Assembly: GCA_039096225.1 (NCBI GenBank)
Contig: JBBPEB010000029.1
Span: forward strand, 248,001-312,000
Direction: 5' to 3'
Length of the DNA: 64,000 bases
Source: Blastocystis sp. Blastoise
Taxonomy: Eukaryota; Protista; Bigyra: Opalinata
How positions within the stretch are numbered: the stretch's first letter is position 1; every line of letters begins with the position of its first letter. The translations under genes were made by a program, and so were the position numbers. This document shows positions 1-16,288 of the stretch, piece by piece. A model generated the notes under the pieces. It made no database searches and was not told the DNA's origin. It worked only from the letters and a program-made list of their open reading frames with translations.

Positions 1-119
1 TCATATACGGTTTTAAAACCGAATATGGAATTTTGACTGAGAAATGAAAAAACCGTATATACGGTTTTCTCAAAAAAAAACCGGTGATATATTCATATAC
101 GGTTTTTTGTAAATCTCTA
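1..119. mobile_element. Probable right end of a hAT-like DNA transposon entering from outside the window
   Basis: Dense AAAACCG/CGGTTTT and CATATACGG motifs in both orientations (Ac-like subterminal repeats), ending in ...AAATCTCTA, whose reverse complement TAGAG matches the start of the hAT TIR at 19751. The other end is not visible. Confidence 0.4.
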
Positions 120-424
120 GATAATATGCTTTAAAAAAGTGAATAATGTGTTGTTTCTGAAATTTAATATGAATCTCAAATAAGTTTATCTGAAAAAGAC
201 TGAATAAAAACCGCGAAAGTTGATGTTCAATAGAGTAATTTTTACAAAATTCTCATTAGTTTTTTTCAAAGATTTTCCAAGTTTTATTCTTTCTTATTTC
301 AATGTTTCATGATAATTAGACTATATTCAGCAACTTTAGGATATTTATTTATTGATTAAATCAAGGTATATCTTTTAAGAATAATAACATATTATCCTTC
401 TGTAATTATAGTTGAATTCAAGTA

Positions 425-3400
425 ATGTCAACAACAGAATTTCAATTAACTGAAGAGAAATGTATTTGAATATTATTAATAATACCTTAATCTATTTTTA
501 GATTTATTTACATTCCAAGATGAGACGCAATTGTGGATTCCAAAAGAATTTATTGAGAAGTATCCTCAATTTCCCTTTTATAATATTATTGAGCACTCTG
601 AGAAATATGATGATGGAAGTTATTATATAGATATGCTTCCTTTTCATATTGAACAAGTGATTTCTTTTTTAATGGAAGAAAACATGGATATTGATTCATT
701 AGATTTGAAAGAAAGTTATGATATATATAAAACACTTTTTGAATACTCAGTTACGATCGATAAAGAAATTCAAAGTGATTTATTATTTCATATAGAAGAA
801 TTATTCTATAAATATTTGAAAAATAATAATTGTCATGTAGATAGATATCGTTATAACTATGTCAAATCATATATGCCTATGGATTTATTTGATTTCAATA
901 GGACATCAGTATGTATAAGAGGTAATTCTATGATTATTATTTATAAATAATATTATATATATAGGATTATTTACCCCTCAACGAAAAGATGAATTATTAT
1001 ATTATTCTCTTCTTATTAAAATGATGAATATTACTCAAGTTAGTATTGAATGTAAATATATATAATAATATAATATAAATAATAATATATATATAGATGA
1101 TTATTCTTCGAATATTCCATTAGAATATATATGTCCATCATGTATTAAAGATATATTCCCTTCATTAGAAAAATTAGCAATTACTGGTATATATATAATT
1201 TTATAATAATAAATATACATATAGTAATTACACATTATAAGAAAACTGATGTATTGTTGAATCCGAATAGTGATGAATATATAATGGAATATATTCGGTT
1301 ATTAAGTGAAAATGATTATGAAATAGAGAATCCTGAAGAACATGAATATTATACTGAATCAGAAATGAATGAATATAATAAGATTTCTTCTTTAGACCTG
1401 AATAAATTATATTATTCTCAGAATATGATTGAATCCTATAATAAAAGAAGAGAAAAGAATCAATTACCTAAATTATATAAATATATCGTTAATGAAGCTA
1501 TATATACAGATGATTATTCAAGTGTAGAAACTAATGAAGAAGAAGATGAATACACATTAGATGATGAAGTCAGAATTGAATATGATTGTATATATAATAT
1601 AAGAATATTATTTAGTTTATTATTATTATATATAGATAAAACAAATGATAAAACTTTCTCGTAAATAATTATATTATTTTTATTATACATTTTATTCTGA
1701 TACATTAAATAGTATTTATCAAGTATCTACTGAACATGGTATATCTCAATTATTACTTCTTCCTTCCTATTTGTGTATTTCAAAAATTGTTTTTAATGAA
1801 TGTAAATAAATATATATAATAAATATATTAATTTATTTTAGATTGGGGTTTTTACTGTATTCCTATGTTTTGCATGAAAATATTTGAAGAAGGTGTTCTT
1901 GATTCTTTAACTACATTAAAAATTAAATCGAGTATTTTCTTTTTGAACTATTATTAATATAATAATTCTGCATAGTTAAGAAATTAACAAATAAAATTGA
2001 TAAGAATTTATTTAACAAAATAATGGCAACTCATATATTCCCAAATGTTACCGAATTTATATATGATGATGATGATAATGGCATACATATATATTTATTA
2101 TGTTATTATTATTTATAGAATGGTTCCAATTATCTTTAATAAATAAAGAATGCTTCCCTAAATTACATATTATCAAATACGATACTGAAATAAGTATATT
2201 TATTTATTAATATATAAATTATGATTCTTGATTTAGCTACTGAAAATTTTAAGTCTCTATTTCCTGTTAACTTAATGTCTATGATTGATACTATTCATAT
2301 AAATAAAATTGATAGTGGTAAAAAAGATGAAATAGCTCTTCTATTAGAGGAGATAGTTTATACTCATTCAATTCATATTGATATAAATGGTATAATTATA
2401 TGTATTATATATATTTTTACATTTAAGAATATAATACTATATATATAATTTATTATATTTGCTTATTTATAATATAGATGATTTTATTTGTTATTTGCCG
2501 CATCTAAATGAATTGTTTAAAAAGAATCTGATTTCAATTGATTATCTTTCAAGTATGAAATATTCTTTATTCTTTTAACTTATTTTTTAATATTTTTTAT
2601 ATTTTATATACTATTCTTTAAAGTTTATTCTTCTCGTTCTGCAAATATAAATTTGTTTGAGTCTATTGAAAATAATAATCAAAATATTGATAGTTTATAT
2701 ATAAGATTTGAAGGTAGTTATTAATCTTAATAATAAATACATTGTTGATATATAATAATAATACTAGTATTTATTCATTTATAGATGATAAAGATAATGA
2801 AGATGATGTCAGAAATGCATTAAAAAGATTCTTTAATACTGATATATTAAAACATTTGAATTATTTATATGTTTCATGTATTTTCTTTCTTTAATTAGAT
2901 TATTATTTTTATGTTTAATATCTATAGTTGATGATGATATAAGTGTAGAATATTTAACATGGATATCAACTCTATTTAATGACAATAAATTTAATACTAT
3001 TCTTAAATTAGAAGTTAATTGTATGTTATATTATAAAACATATGAATATATATATAGTACGTTCTATAAAAAAAGACTCATCATCGGAGGCTTTAACTGC
3101 CTATGAAAATATAGTAGAGAAATTAATTCCTAAGGCTTCTATTGTTAAAATAAAAGGTAATTATTTATATAATTATTTTTTGTAAAGATAGTTTATTTAA
3201 TTAATTTTTATTATTATTGCTAGATTGTACTCTGTCTCTTATAAATCGATTAATTCCTAAAGGTTGTTTTCATAATACAACTCAATTAGTTCTAGGTATA
3301 TATCTATTAAATGAATATAATGTTTTTACATATAATATATTACATTTCATCCTAATCTTTTTATGAATATTAATATAGATATTAAAGGTATACCAGATGA

Positions 3401-4226
3401 TAATTTTTGTAAATTATATACTACGGATAATTTCCCTCAATTAAAATCTATCAACATTTGTATATATTTTAATAATAATGTTTTTTCTCTATTATGAATC
3501 ATATATATGTATATATATACACATTTCTTTATATAAAGGTAATTTTTTTAAAAATAATACATGTATATATAGGTGACCTTTACAATAGAAAATCGTGGAG
3601 TTCTTTTATTACAACATTTTGTAGATATATGAATAATAATAACTTTCCTTGGTCAAGTTTTATCCGATTAAATGGTATGTCATAAATGAATGATTCTATT
3701 CATAGTCATAACTGTTCTTTTTCTATAGATGGCTTTTCTTGTAATGATTATATTTATGATCCAAATAATTCAATCTTTCAATGTAAATATGATACTAATT
3801 CATTTATGAATACCATTATTGGTTCAAAAAGTAAACACATATAAGCTACTACAATATTATGTATATATAGATGCAACAATGAGTCAATATGAGATAGAAA
3901 CATTATTTGATTGTATAAATGAAAATAAAACTCAAAACATAAGAAGTTTAGCATTATGTATTTATATAAATATTTTATATTCATTCTTATAGATATTTAT
4001 AATAAGGAACAATTGTCAAAACTTACTAAATGTATGACTACTGGAAAATTTCCAAAATTGAAAGAGTTCTTGTTTGTTATGAGTATATATATGTTTTTAA
4101 TATTAATAATATTATATAGATTATGATATTTCAGATAAAACAATTAATATATATAAACAACAATTAAATGATTCCACATTTATTCAAGAAAATCACGTGG
4201 ATTTTGCATTTGATACATTTCATTAA
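425..4226 (+). CDS. Multi-exon host gene: N-terminal BTB/POZ-like domain plus degenerate LRR-like repeats (expanded family)
   Basis: ATG at 425, many short GT..AG introns. Exons encode LFTFQDETQLWIPKEFIEKYPQFPF..YYID (BTB-like) and repeated FPxLxxL motifs (FPSLEKL, FPNVTEF, FPKLHII, FPQLKSI, FPKLKEF). TAA at 4224-4226. Exact exon structure not resolved. Confidence 0.6.
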
Positions 4227-5804
4227 TTCTCTTGTATATTTATATTTATAGTTTATATTATTATATATTTTTTATCAATTTCTTGTTATTATTCTTATTT
4301 ATTAACGTTTCCATACAGTTTGGATATAATTTACTGAAATATATTTTCGTGTTTTATTTGAAAGAAAGAAAATAGTTGAGATAGATAAAATATTAATTTT
4401 TTGTAACATATATACATGACATACACATAATAGAATATTATTTAATGTTTATTATGAATTTAGTGTTATAGTATTTATGATGTTTTAACTTTATAAATAA
4501 TTCTACAAAATTATAATTATTGAATAACATTTTCATATATAATGTTAAAACTGTTTTTAATTTGTTTGTATATAATATAAAAAAGTGAATGGCTTCTTGA
4601 TAAACATTTTTATGAGTATATTAAGAGAATAAATGAGATTTTAAATATTTTTTTGTTTTATTTACTATTTTTTATAATATTTTAGTGTTTATATAAAAAG
4701 TCGCTAAAAAGTATTCAAAAACAATCAAAATGTATTATTTAATGAAATACATTTTTTATTTTCAATATAGAATAGTTTATATGAAGTATTAGTTATATAA
4801 TTAAAGAGAAATACGATGAATCTAATCATAATTATATTATTATATATATTTGGAAGAAATATATTTTTATCAAACTACATTGAGAGTAATATAATATTTT
4901 GTGATTTAATTCTTATTAAGGTTATTATATATTAAATCATTTTTACATATAGAAGATTATATGAGAATTATGGACGGCATATAGTTTAATAAAATTTCAT
5001 TTAGTTATATGTATCTGTTTATTACTATATAAGCGAAACATATAAACGATATATATTTCTATTACCAATAATAATATCTTATTGAATAAAATATCAAAGA
5101 TAGTTATTCTTCATCATAGTCATATAGATAATATATTATCTATATGAATATGATGATTTAGATGTCTTCATAAATTATTGATAAAAAATATAGGGGACCA
5201 AAATAATATTCAATATTATTTTGGTAGAGTGAGAAGAAGGAGTTAGAAAGCACAGGAGTGATAATTTTATCAAGAGATTATAGAAGAGATTCTATTTGAG
5301 TAATAGAAACATATTATATAAATATATTATAAAAATAAATAAAACTTAGTAAATATAGTCAGAAATCAGGAATGATTACCAAAAGAATAGAGCTATTTAT
5401 TTCTAGATAAGTAATAGTTATCAGATATAAATGTATGGATATATTGTAAATAAAAATAGAAACGTATATATTAAAAATAAGTAGTTAGTAATCAAAATGT
5501 AAATTATGCAAGAAATATAAATTGATTAGACATACAATTCTGTTTGTAGTATCTTCTATATTTTTAATTAGTATTCAATTCGTTATTTTAAGTAAAAAAT
5601 GAAACGAAGATCCACAATGAGTTACCTATTTTTGGAAATTATTGAGATATTGTTATATATCATAATAATTATTAATCATTTAAAATAATAGTTTTCATTT
5701 TAAGTGAATAATAAGAGAATAATGAAGAAATAAAAGAATTTAATTGAAAAAATAAAAATAAACAAGGGAAAAACAATATTTATTTAATTAGCATTATTTC
5801 ATTA

Positions 5805-7370
5805 ATGGTGAAAGAAAAGGTATTATTTGATATTGATAAATTCAATAGATTGAAGGAGAATATCAATATATATGAAGAATTGATGAAAGATGTTGTTAAT
5901 GTTTTCTCAGCTGTAATGAATCTTGGTATACATTCTGGAATGTCGATTAATAGACTTATAAAACATATTGGAAATGATTATATTGAAAAGGAAGGTGAAA
6001 GAAATGAATTTGAAAAGAAATCTGTTTATAAAAGTTAAAACAACGAAAATATGAATGTCAATATGGATGCTCGTAATACTAATGATAATGATCAAATTCG
6101 ATTTACCAATAATAGTCCTATATTTCAAATATCAAAAACTATTTTAGATACTTTGAAAGGTTCTTTTATAGATGATCAACGTGAAGAAGAAAAAAGAACG
6201 AATGATGGATCTATATATCTTGATTATCCTGGAAATGATATTTTTTTTTATTATTTATTAGATTATTTGAATGGAAAGAAAATTAATTTTGATTCTTTTT
6301 GTTATGAAGAACAATTAGAAATATTAGATATTAGAATATTGTTGCTTAGTAATTCCTATAGAATTAATAGATTGTAGAGAAAGAAGAGATCGAAAGATGA
6401 AGAAATATGAAAAACAAGATGAAGTTTCTTTGATTATAAATGGAAATAAGAATGATACTATTAAAGAGTATTTAATAAAGAACGACTTATGGAATAATTA
6501 TATTATACATTATGATAAGGGATTTATTCATAAAATCCCATAGAAGATAATTTTTATATGAATAAGAAATATGAATATATTGAATATATTAGTCAATATG
6601 TAATGAATGGAACTATAGATATAGAAACTGAAAAAATTGTTTATATTGATAAAGAATTATTAGAGAAAGAAATGATTGAATTATTTGGTGATAAAAGAAA
6701 AGAAGAAACGAAAGAAGCGATGATACCCCTAAAATTCTAGCAATTAACTATTATAAATAGAGAACTTGAGATATCCTAACAAAATGGATTGGAACTGAAA
6801 AGAAATGGAAATTATTTAGGTATTATTATTAGTATATTATTATTATAATTATATATATAAAACAAGTGAACATAATTATTTTAGTTGAATTCCATAAATA
6901 TTGTGACAATAAAGGAGAAACAATAGTATTCATCAAATATAATGGTCATAATAATCATATAAATATATTTGGATATACGCTAATCAGAAATGGACTGGTT
7001 CAGGTAATATATATTATTCATATAATTAATATTCATTACATATATATACAGAATGGAAATTTTAATCAAAAGAATTTCTATGTACATTAAGTGATGAACA
7101 TAATATTCCTCCTACTCAATATGATTATACATATTATAATACTATTTTTTGAATATATTGTTCTTCTTCTTATGGTCCTATGTTTGGAGGTGGCTATGAT
7201 ATCACTATATTGGATGATTATCATATACTAATTCTACTTATTATCTTCATATTCTTATGTTACACTAAATACTCCTCAAAAAGCATTTATTATTTGTAAT
7301 ATACTAATAATTTTAAGTCTAAAATAGCTTTATTACAAAAGACTATAAAGTATGGGGAATAAATATATAA
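5805..7370 (+). pseudogene. BTB + TLDc domain protein pseudogene
   Basis: Fragments IRFTNNSPIFQISK..IYLDYPG..YLLDYLNG (BTB-like) and KWIGTEKKWKL, EFHKYCDNKGET, NIFGY, SSYGPMFGGGYD (TLDc) are broken by stops and frameshifts. Boundaries approximate. Confidence 0.6.
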
Positions 7371-7814
7371 ATATCAAATAATTTATAATAATTTTAGTCA
7401 ATCATATTGTGTATGTATTTCATTTTTGTAGTATATGTAGAGACTTTTTATACACTTTTTTAAATGTATATTTTCAATAAAAGATTTTGTAACACTATCA
7501 TTTGAATATTTATATTCTATAATATCATTTATATAAAAAATTTGACAATTTTTCGGTTTCAAGGATTTTATATGTTACTGTTTTAAATGAAATTTCATGT
7601 AAACATTATAATAATATAATTTTTACCATACACATATGAATAACTTGATTTTTTAGATGATAAAATATTTAAAAAAGTAGATAATTTAATAATGAATAAA
7701 GTATTCAAGAAAATCTAAGTAAAAATAAATAAAAAGTATATATATATATTCGAGTATATAGTATTTATATAGGAATATACAACGAATAAATAAATATATA
7801 TATATATATATAAT

Positions 7815-10800
7815 TTAGTAATATTCTTCACCATCACTATGTATTTCACCAAATGAGCGACTAGATATATCTAAATTATTATTGGTTTCTTCTATATAAT
7901 TATTCAATAATGGCATATAATCATCGATATCTATCTTATCTGTGCTACCTAAAATATATATAATTATCAATATAATTATATATATATATACATATATATA
8001 CATTTAACATTGAAAACTAAGAAATTCAAATAAGGAAATGAATCATTTATAATTAATTGTATAAATTTCTTCATATAAGTGTTGTTAATTATACCTATGA
8101 TTATAGAAACATATGTATATATATAATAATAATACCATATTGAAAATAATATTTATATATACATAAGTATAAATTTGTGATTCCTTTTGTATATGGTTTT
8201 TGTAGTTCATTATAAATATATTCAGAATAGTCAAGAAAAAGATCATAATTAAAAAGAATTCTACAATTCATTTTAATGTAATAGCATGGCTTATGAGAAT
8301 AAAAGCAGAAAGAAGGAAATATAGTAAAAAGACTTTCATTATTATCTGCTATATATAATAATAAAATAGATATAAATCATATATATAAATATAAATCATA
8401 TATATACAATAATCATCAATGACATCAAATTGTTCTAAACTTGGAAGAGAATCTGAAGAACAATTAGTGATTGCTACTATGAAAGGATAAACACATTCAT
8501 ACGGGTCTCTGTTAATATCTATATATATATATATATATATATTTAAAAATAAATATTATATATACATATATACCAGGATATCTTAGAGGACAATCTAAAC
8601 TGATTGATTGAAGATGAATTAGTTTTTTAGTATTAATAAAATCTGATATATTATTAAACATTTCAAATGGATATATCTCAGTATCGTTTGGATAATTTTT
8701 ATACTTATCACCTATATATATAATCTAATTTAAACAATATATATACGCATATAGATTCTCATTTCGTTTAAATTAATCCATAATGATAAATTTGTGGACT
8801 CATTAGTTAAAAATAAACAGTTCAGCATAAATATTGCTATATAAATAAATATGATTATATATCAATTATCATATATAAGTATTTATGTACGTAAATATAA
8901 AGTCCGGATATTGTTTGTAAATAAAGAGAGAAATTCTAATAGAATTCTATTCATTTCAGAAATTTGATTCTCATTATGGAAAACTACGAATGATTTAGTT
9001 CCATGGCCTATTGTTATATAAAAATTTAAGCATGAAACTAAATATTTAATAATTATACTAATATCAATTTTTGTGACATTATTTCAATACTTATTACGTA
9101 GAATAGGTAATAATATATTGAAGAATTTTAAATATTCATTTATTTCAAAATCATAAACTATAAATTGTAAATTTTTTGATAGCAATACTATTATTATTAT
9201 ATTTATACATACAAGTAAAATGAATTTCTATCAAATTTGTAGTATTGATAGTTTGTAGAAGATTTTGAATTTCATATATCTTATCTATTAAATCTTTTTC
9301 AATGTCTATATATATATAATAATATATTTTAATAAAATAAAAAAAATCAGAAATAATCTATGAATCTATTTCAAAAAGAGAAATATATATATATATACCT
9401 ATATTAAGACATTTTATAAAGCAATGGCTTAAATCAAATGAATAATCATGAATATACTGGTATCTTTCACTTACTACATATAATATATATTATATATATT
9501 ATATCATAATATATACTACTAATTTCTAATATATTAAAATTGATTATTTCGGAATCAAATAACTGTTTCCATAATTCATTGTACTCATGAATTGCAAAAT
9601 CAACTATATAAATATGTTATTTATAAATAACTAAAATATATTATATATATATTATTAATATACACTGAATCTTAAATTCATGATATTGTTTTATTTGACA
9701 CATAGTATTAACAAAAGATTGATTTAATAGAATAATATCGTTACCTTGATTATATATACATATAGTATCTACTAATTTAATTAAAGAAACAGGAATTAAT
9801 GATGAAATAATGCTAATACTATTTTGATAATAGGAATAGAATTCCTTATTATTAATAGTATAAATAGATAATGTAGGGAAATGATCTCTTGTTATTAAAG
9901 TAACGATTTCTTGATATAATAATATGTTAGGGTTATCTCTTGTAATTTCTATATTATATACATATAAATAATTAACAAATTGCATATATATACCATTTAT
10001 CTGCAAAGTTTTAACATTTGGAAATACATGAGTTCGTATAATTTCTATAAATAATTGTATATATTCAGGATACATACTACAGTTAATAACTATATATATA
10101 TATAGTTAAATAGAGTATAACTATAGATATACAACTATTTAGTGACATTATCTGTATATTATCAAATATTCCTTCACTTATTGATTTAAAAAATGGGGAA
10201 ATATCTGCTTCTAACAGAAAACAGTTGCGAGCTATATGTATTATGCATTATATGTATAATATACAGTTCCGAAAGTTTCTTAATTGTTTAGAAATAGGTA
10301 ATTTGAGTAGATAATTATCGATTTGATAGCAACGGTATGCATATTCACTACCACTACTATATAATATATAATAAAAAAGTATATATTGTAGCTTATTAAA
10401 ATAAATCAATATATATATATATAATACTAATAATCATAGATATATTTTGAATATGATATTGTTGGATTGGAAATATTCAGTTCTATATTTTAAAATATAA
10501 TAGAATATAGTAATAATAATATATATATATATATATATTATACGTCCATTTTCTTCAAGAAATGAAAATTTATATGTAACATAGTCATTCTTTTTAGAAA
10601 TAATAGTTTCATTGTTTTTATTAATTACTTCTTGTTTATGATTTCTTGGAATATATTCATAAAATGAATTAATATATAAATCAGGTTTCTCATTATCATT
10701 TTCATTCTTTATTTCTTCATCAATATCAATAGGTATTATTTCATGATGAATATTCTCTTCTTCTTCTTGATAGTGATTCTCATTATTTATTGATGAGTGT

Positions 10801-11120
10801 AATGTAATTGTATTATCAGGTAAAGAGAATGCATATATATCGGGCTGAGTAGAAATATATTCATCATAAGCTTCAGGATAATATTTCTTGTAATATTGTC
10901 GTTTATATTCTTTATATAATATTATATAACGAGGATCAGAAGGAGGTATACATATCTCTTTATTTAGTTCTATTACCGAAACTATATATATAAAGGTATA
11001 TATATGCTAATAAACATATATTTACTTTCAATTGTATATTCTTCTATTTTTGGAAATAGTTCATGTAAATTGGAGGGATATATATATTCATAAGGAATAT
11101 CCACATAAAATTCAACTATG

Positions 11121-11215
<95 letters not shown>

Positions 11216-11338
11216 TTATATAAAAGTGAAACAAAACTTACATTCTACTTGTACTCTTTTAATATTAAATACATCAAATAATCGTGAATATTCCTGAAAC
11301 TTTTCATTTCTTTCCTTTGTTATTTCACCTAAAAAGAT

Positions 11339-11378
<40 letters not shown>

Positions 11379-11913
11379 GAATGTATAATTGTTGTGCAAT
11401 ATGACCTTCTTTATAAGATAAATCTTCATTATAAGGTTCATAATATCTATTAATATATATTTTACATAATAATAATAATATAATATATAATTACATTGAA
11501 CAATCATTCTGTTTCATAAAAATATTTAAAAATGATTGGAGAACAGCTTCTATTTTATCCTTAATATCAATTATATCATTTCCAAAGAAATAATCTGCAG
11601 CATCTCTTATTTCACAAACTTCATTCATGGATAAAGATTCAAGTGAAATATTTCCTTCCATATATAAAATCAAAGAATCAACAGAATATCTTGAAGAATC
11701 TATATAGTAAGCATCTTCACCTTGCAAATAATTAGCAGAATTTTCAAGTGTTAGTGATAACAACGACGTTGGATATTTCTTCAAAAAAGACAATTCAACA
11801 CTTATTCTACTTTCATCGTTAAAAATGAAATCAACAGTATCTCTTGTATATTTAGAGACTGATTTTGAAGGTTTAAGACTATGTTTTTGTTGTTTAGTTT
11901 TTGAATCCATCAA
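7815..11913 (-). CDS. Multi-exon host gene, BTB/POZ-like N-terminus plus LRR-like repeats (distant paralogue of 425-4226)
   Basis: First exon VDFIFNDESRISVELSFLKKYPTSLL..YYIDSS; later exons DIPYEYIYPSNLHELFPKIEE, THVFPNVKTL, DHFPTL; TA-rich introns. 3' end approximate. Confidence 0.55.
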
Positions 11914-12186
11914 TTAATCTAGTAGTTGAATTATTTTAATTTAACATATAATATGTAGCATACTAATACAAGCAATTATCTATGAATCAAACACTATAAA
12001 TAATAATTTGATAATGAATAAATTAAAATAAATATAAAATTGTTATAGTTTTTTTTGAGATTTGATTTAGAATACTGCAAAAAGAAACTGAAATGGTTAA
12101 TTATCCAGTTTAAACCAGATAAAATATCTTTCCACGGGAATACTATTATATGGCTTTTATTTTTAATATCATTTTTAACACTAAAT

Positions 12187-13483
12187 ATGGCAGATAATTC
12201 GATATATGTATATTATAAATGATACACTGATGCTTATCATTATAAATAGTTAAAATACTATGGATCTTCAAAACATTGTGGCTATTGTGATTCAAAAACG
12301 GATGGTAGAACGTATCGTTGATAATATGAATCTATTCACTGTGTATAGTGATTATTATTCTGTTGATTATTTGACTTGCCAACAATATCAAGGTGTGTTT
12401 TTTTCCTCATTTCATTATTTATCTGTTTAGATTTGATGGATCATGGATGGAGACGTGGTGGAAAATATATTTATTTGCCTGATAACGAAAATAATTGTTG
12501 TCCTCAAATCACAGTGCGAAATTGCATGAGTACATTTTGTGCTACAAAGCATCAACAACGTGTATTTAAATTGTTATCACTAGTAATAAAATATATAACT
12601 ATAACTCTAGGTTAAGAAGCAATTCTATGATTATATTGAAGGAAAAAATCATACTGTTCCAAAAAAGAATCAAACAAAAACAACAGTTCATATGTATTTT
12701 ATTATGTTGTTTTATATTATATTAGACCCGAAATCTATAAAGAATCGATATCCACGTTGATACTTGATTCGTTTCAAAATAGTTTATCTTTGAGTTCTCT
12801 AAAAACTGTTGATTCTTCATTTATAAATGTATTTATAGGATAAGTTTTATAATATATATATATATGTTGTTTATAATATATAAGTTTTATAATATATATG
12901 CTGTTTATAATATATAAATTTTATAATATATATATGTTGTTTATAGTTATCAATAAAATATGAAAAACATATTCCATTTATTTCAAGTACATTTCTATTG
13001 AAAATATTACCAATAGTATGCCTATATATATTTATATATTATTATTATTGATATGAATAAATAACTTTATTATTGTTGACTTTTTTATTACATCTTGTTT
13101 TATTTATGATTATAATTAGATATATATTCTTTATGTAAAGTATATAAATACTATATATGTTTCTATAGATAAAAAGAGAATATAAGGGTGATATTGATTT
13201 ATTAATTCATCAATTTGAAGATAATTTACAAAGAAAAATAAAAGATAATTCTATATATTCATTTATTCAAAGTGTATCCATTCAAAAGAATTATATTAAT
13301 ATATATATTAAAGATTGTTGTATATATATATGTATATTGTATTATTAATATATTTTATATAACAATAGTGACAAAGGATATTTATTTAACAAAAGATATT
13401 CAAAATAATAATAATAATAATATACACGTAAATCCATTCTTTATAAATAAGTATATTATTATTTTAATATATATTTATAATAT

Positions 13484-13523
<40 letters not shown>

Positions 13524-14599
13524 TTATTATTCTAGTAAACCCCATATATTGACATTTTCTCTGGAAAAACCTTCTTTTATGCGTGAACTATATGAGTTAT
13601 ATAAGAAATATCAAAAAGAGGTGTTTCATGAAGATGATGTTACTGAAGAGAGTTATAAAGAAAATAATATTGATACTTGTCTCATTTATGTATATAATAA
13701 TAATATATAATATAATATTATATATATATGTATAGAGTTCTAAGGAGGATGTGTATTACGGTACATATTACTATATATGGTACCTAGATAATGTCCCTAT
13801 TGCAGTTGATATTTTAGATATTCTTCCTGGTGGTATTGTATATATATATATATTTAATTATTATTATTATTTTTAATAGAAAAGAAATAATATATATATA
13901 AATAGAAAGAATAAGAATACTAGTATTCTTTTATATATATTTGTTAATTCTTTATATATATAGAGTTCTGTATATTTCTTTTATGATCCTATATATAAAC
14001 CATTATCACTTGGAATTGTATCGATATTAAAAGAAATTGAACTTACGAAACAAGTATATATATATATTATTATTATTAATATGTATATAATAGTTACATT
14101 TACCTTGTCATTACCTTGGTTATTATGTATATAATTGTCCAAAAATGATATATAAAACTCAATTTGGTCCTTGTGAATTATTTTGTCAACAAACACAACG
14201 ATGGTATCCATTAAAAGAAGCACTACTTGCTCTACATAATAATAAGTATATATATATATATATGTTTATTTTTGATATATTACTTTTATATTTTGTTTTT
14301 ATAAATGTAAAATTAATACAATAAACATATATATATATAGAAATGGTCCTTTAAGTTTATCTTCAAGTGTTTTAGAATATAAAAATAATATACATAAATT
14401 ATATTTAGAAAAGAAAAGTCATTTTTATTGGAATTCTGATTCTTTACATATATCTATTCCTGAAGAGTATAAAGTTAATGAATATATTATATTTCCTATA
14501 TTATATATATTTTTTAAAGATGAAACAAATCTTCAAAATATATGTACGAAAACTATTCATGGATTATTATTCGTTGATAATATATTCTTTGATTTTTAA
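12187..14599 (+). CDS. ATE1: Arginyl-tRNA--protein transferase (N-end rule arginyltransferase), multi-exon
   Basis: Exons encode HCGYCDSK, LMDHGWRRGGKYIYLPDNENNCCPQITVR, VPIAVDILDILPGG, SSVYFFYDPIYKPLSLGIVSILKEI and LGYYVYNCPKMIYKTQFGPCE, all diagnostic ATE_N/ATE_C motifs. Open last exon ends at TAA 14597-14599. Confidence 0.9.
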
Positions 14600-16288
14600 A
14601 TATTTTAATTATAATTAAATATCAATAAGTTTTCTTTATTTTTTTTTATTCACATTTCTTTTTTCATATGTTTTAGAATAAGAATAATTCTATGTTTATT
14701 AATAAAAGAAAAATTTGGAATTCATGAATATATAGATAAGTATAATGATAATTTACATTGAATACAAATAATATAATAATTAAGAAATGATTTAATGTGT
14801 AATAATAACTTTATAAAAAAGAATTTCATTATGATAAACACATGTGAAATTTGATTATAAATAAAATAAAAATATTTATGACTTTATAAAAGGAATGACG
14901 ACAGAAAAAATGATAAGAATTTAATTCTTTTATGTTTTCTAGACATATGAAATAATTCTGATATTTATTTGAAGAATTAAATATCATTCACAATACTTTT
15001 CACTATAATAATTAACTGTAAACATATCAATACAACCAATCTCATTCTTAAAAAGGAATATCTTTATTCAACACTATGCTCAACAGAGAAACAAATAATA
15101 ATTCAATCATCTATTCATAATTAAATATAAATATTTATCGATATTAATGGAATATAAAAGGAAAATGAACATAAAATGATTCTATTGAAAAACATACTGT
15201 GATATATATAATATTCCTGGAAAAACTTCCTTTTTTTCTTTATCGCTTCTTTCCATCATTTAGCATATAAATACATATAACTAGAAGATATCATGAAATG
15301 GTTGACTTTAATCAAGAAAGAAACACAATTATCAGAATTTCAATATAAAATATCAATGAATAGAAACTCTCGCATTTTACCACTGTTTCTCTTATAATTC
15401 ACAGAAATTGACTGATTCTAAAAATGTTGCTAATTCGGCTATTTTGATAATAGTATAAAAATCGTGATAGCTATACAATCGGTATTTCCCAAGAAATTAG
15501 TACAAGTGATCTTATTAGTCAAGAGAGAATTCTATAGCGTCACCAGTCAAGTCTAAAAACAATGAACACCTATTGCAGTCTATAAACAAATAATTCTTAT
15601 AAAAGTCTCTCGCTATTTACCTATTTTATAGATAATAGAATATAAATAGGCTATAACAAAAAAATGTTAAAAAGGTGCTTTGTTTTTTTTATATAAAAAG
15701 ATTATTATCTTACGTCAATAGGTCTTTTCCCATAAATCAGGAAATGATATTCAGAAACTCTTCATGAATTCGTAATTGCTCCTTTTTACAAAACACTTTC
15801 GCTATCTTATTTTATTTTTCATTTTATTCTATGAATATGGAATATAATTATATATTATATTATTTTCTAAAGAGTAATTTATATGTATTCTTAATTAGTT
15901 GATTTTAAAATACATAATTAAGACAATTATAGTGATTCAATTTTAATAATGTTATCAATTTTGAGTATAAATAATTATATTATGTTTATAGATATTAGAG
16001 ATACACTTAAGCGAATTTTATAGCATTAAAAGAGGAAATTATGAAAAAATATTTTTAAAATTTAAAAAAATATCTATAATTTCTCGATGCTTTTCCTCTA
16101 AAAATTCCTTTTTCTTTATTTTAGAATGATGAAACATATTAAATCATTTATAAATGTATTATTCTATTCTATCAATGTATCAAATCTTTTATTTGACTAA
16201 ATTGAATACATGAAAAGCATTGATTCTCAAAGATGAGTGTATTTTTCTTATTAAATAAGTTAAAATAATAGTTATCAACAATGTATTG

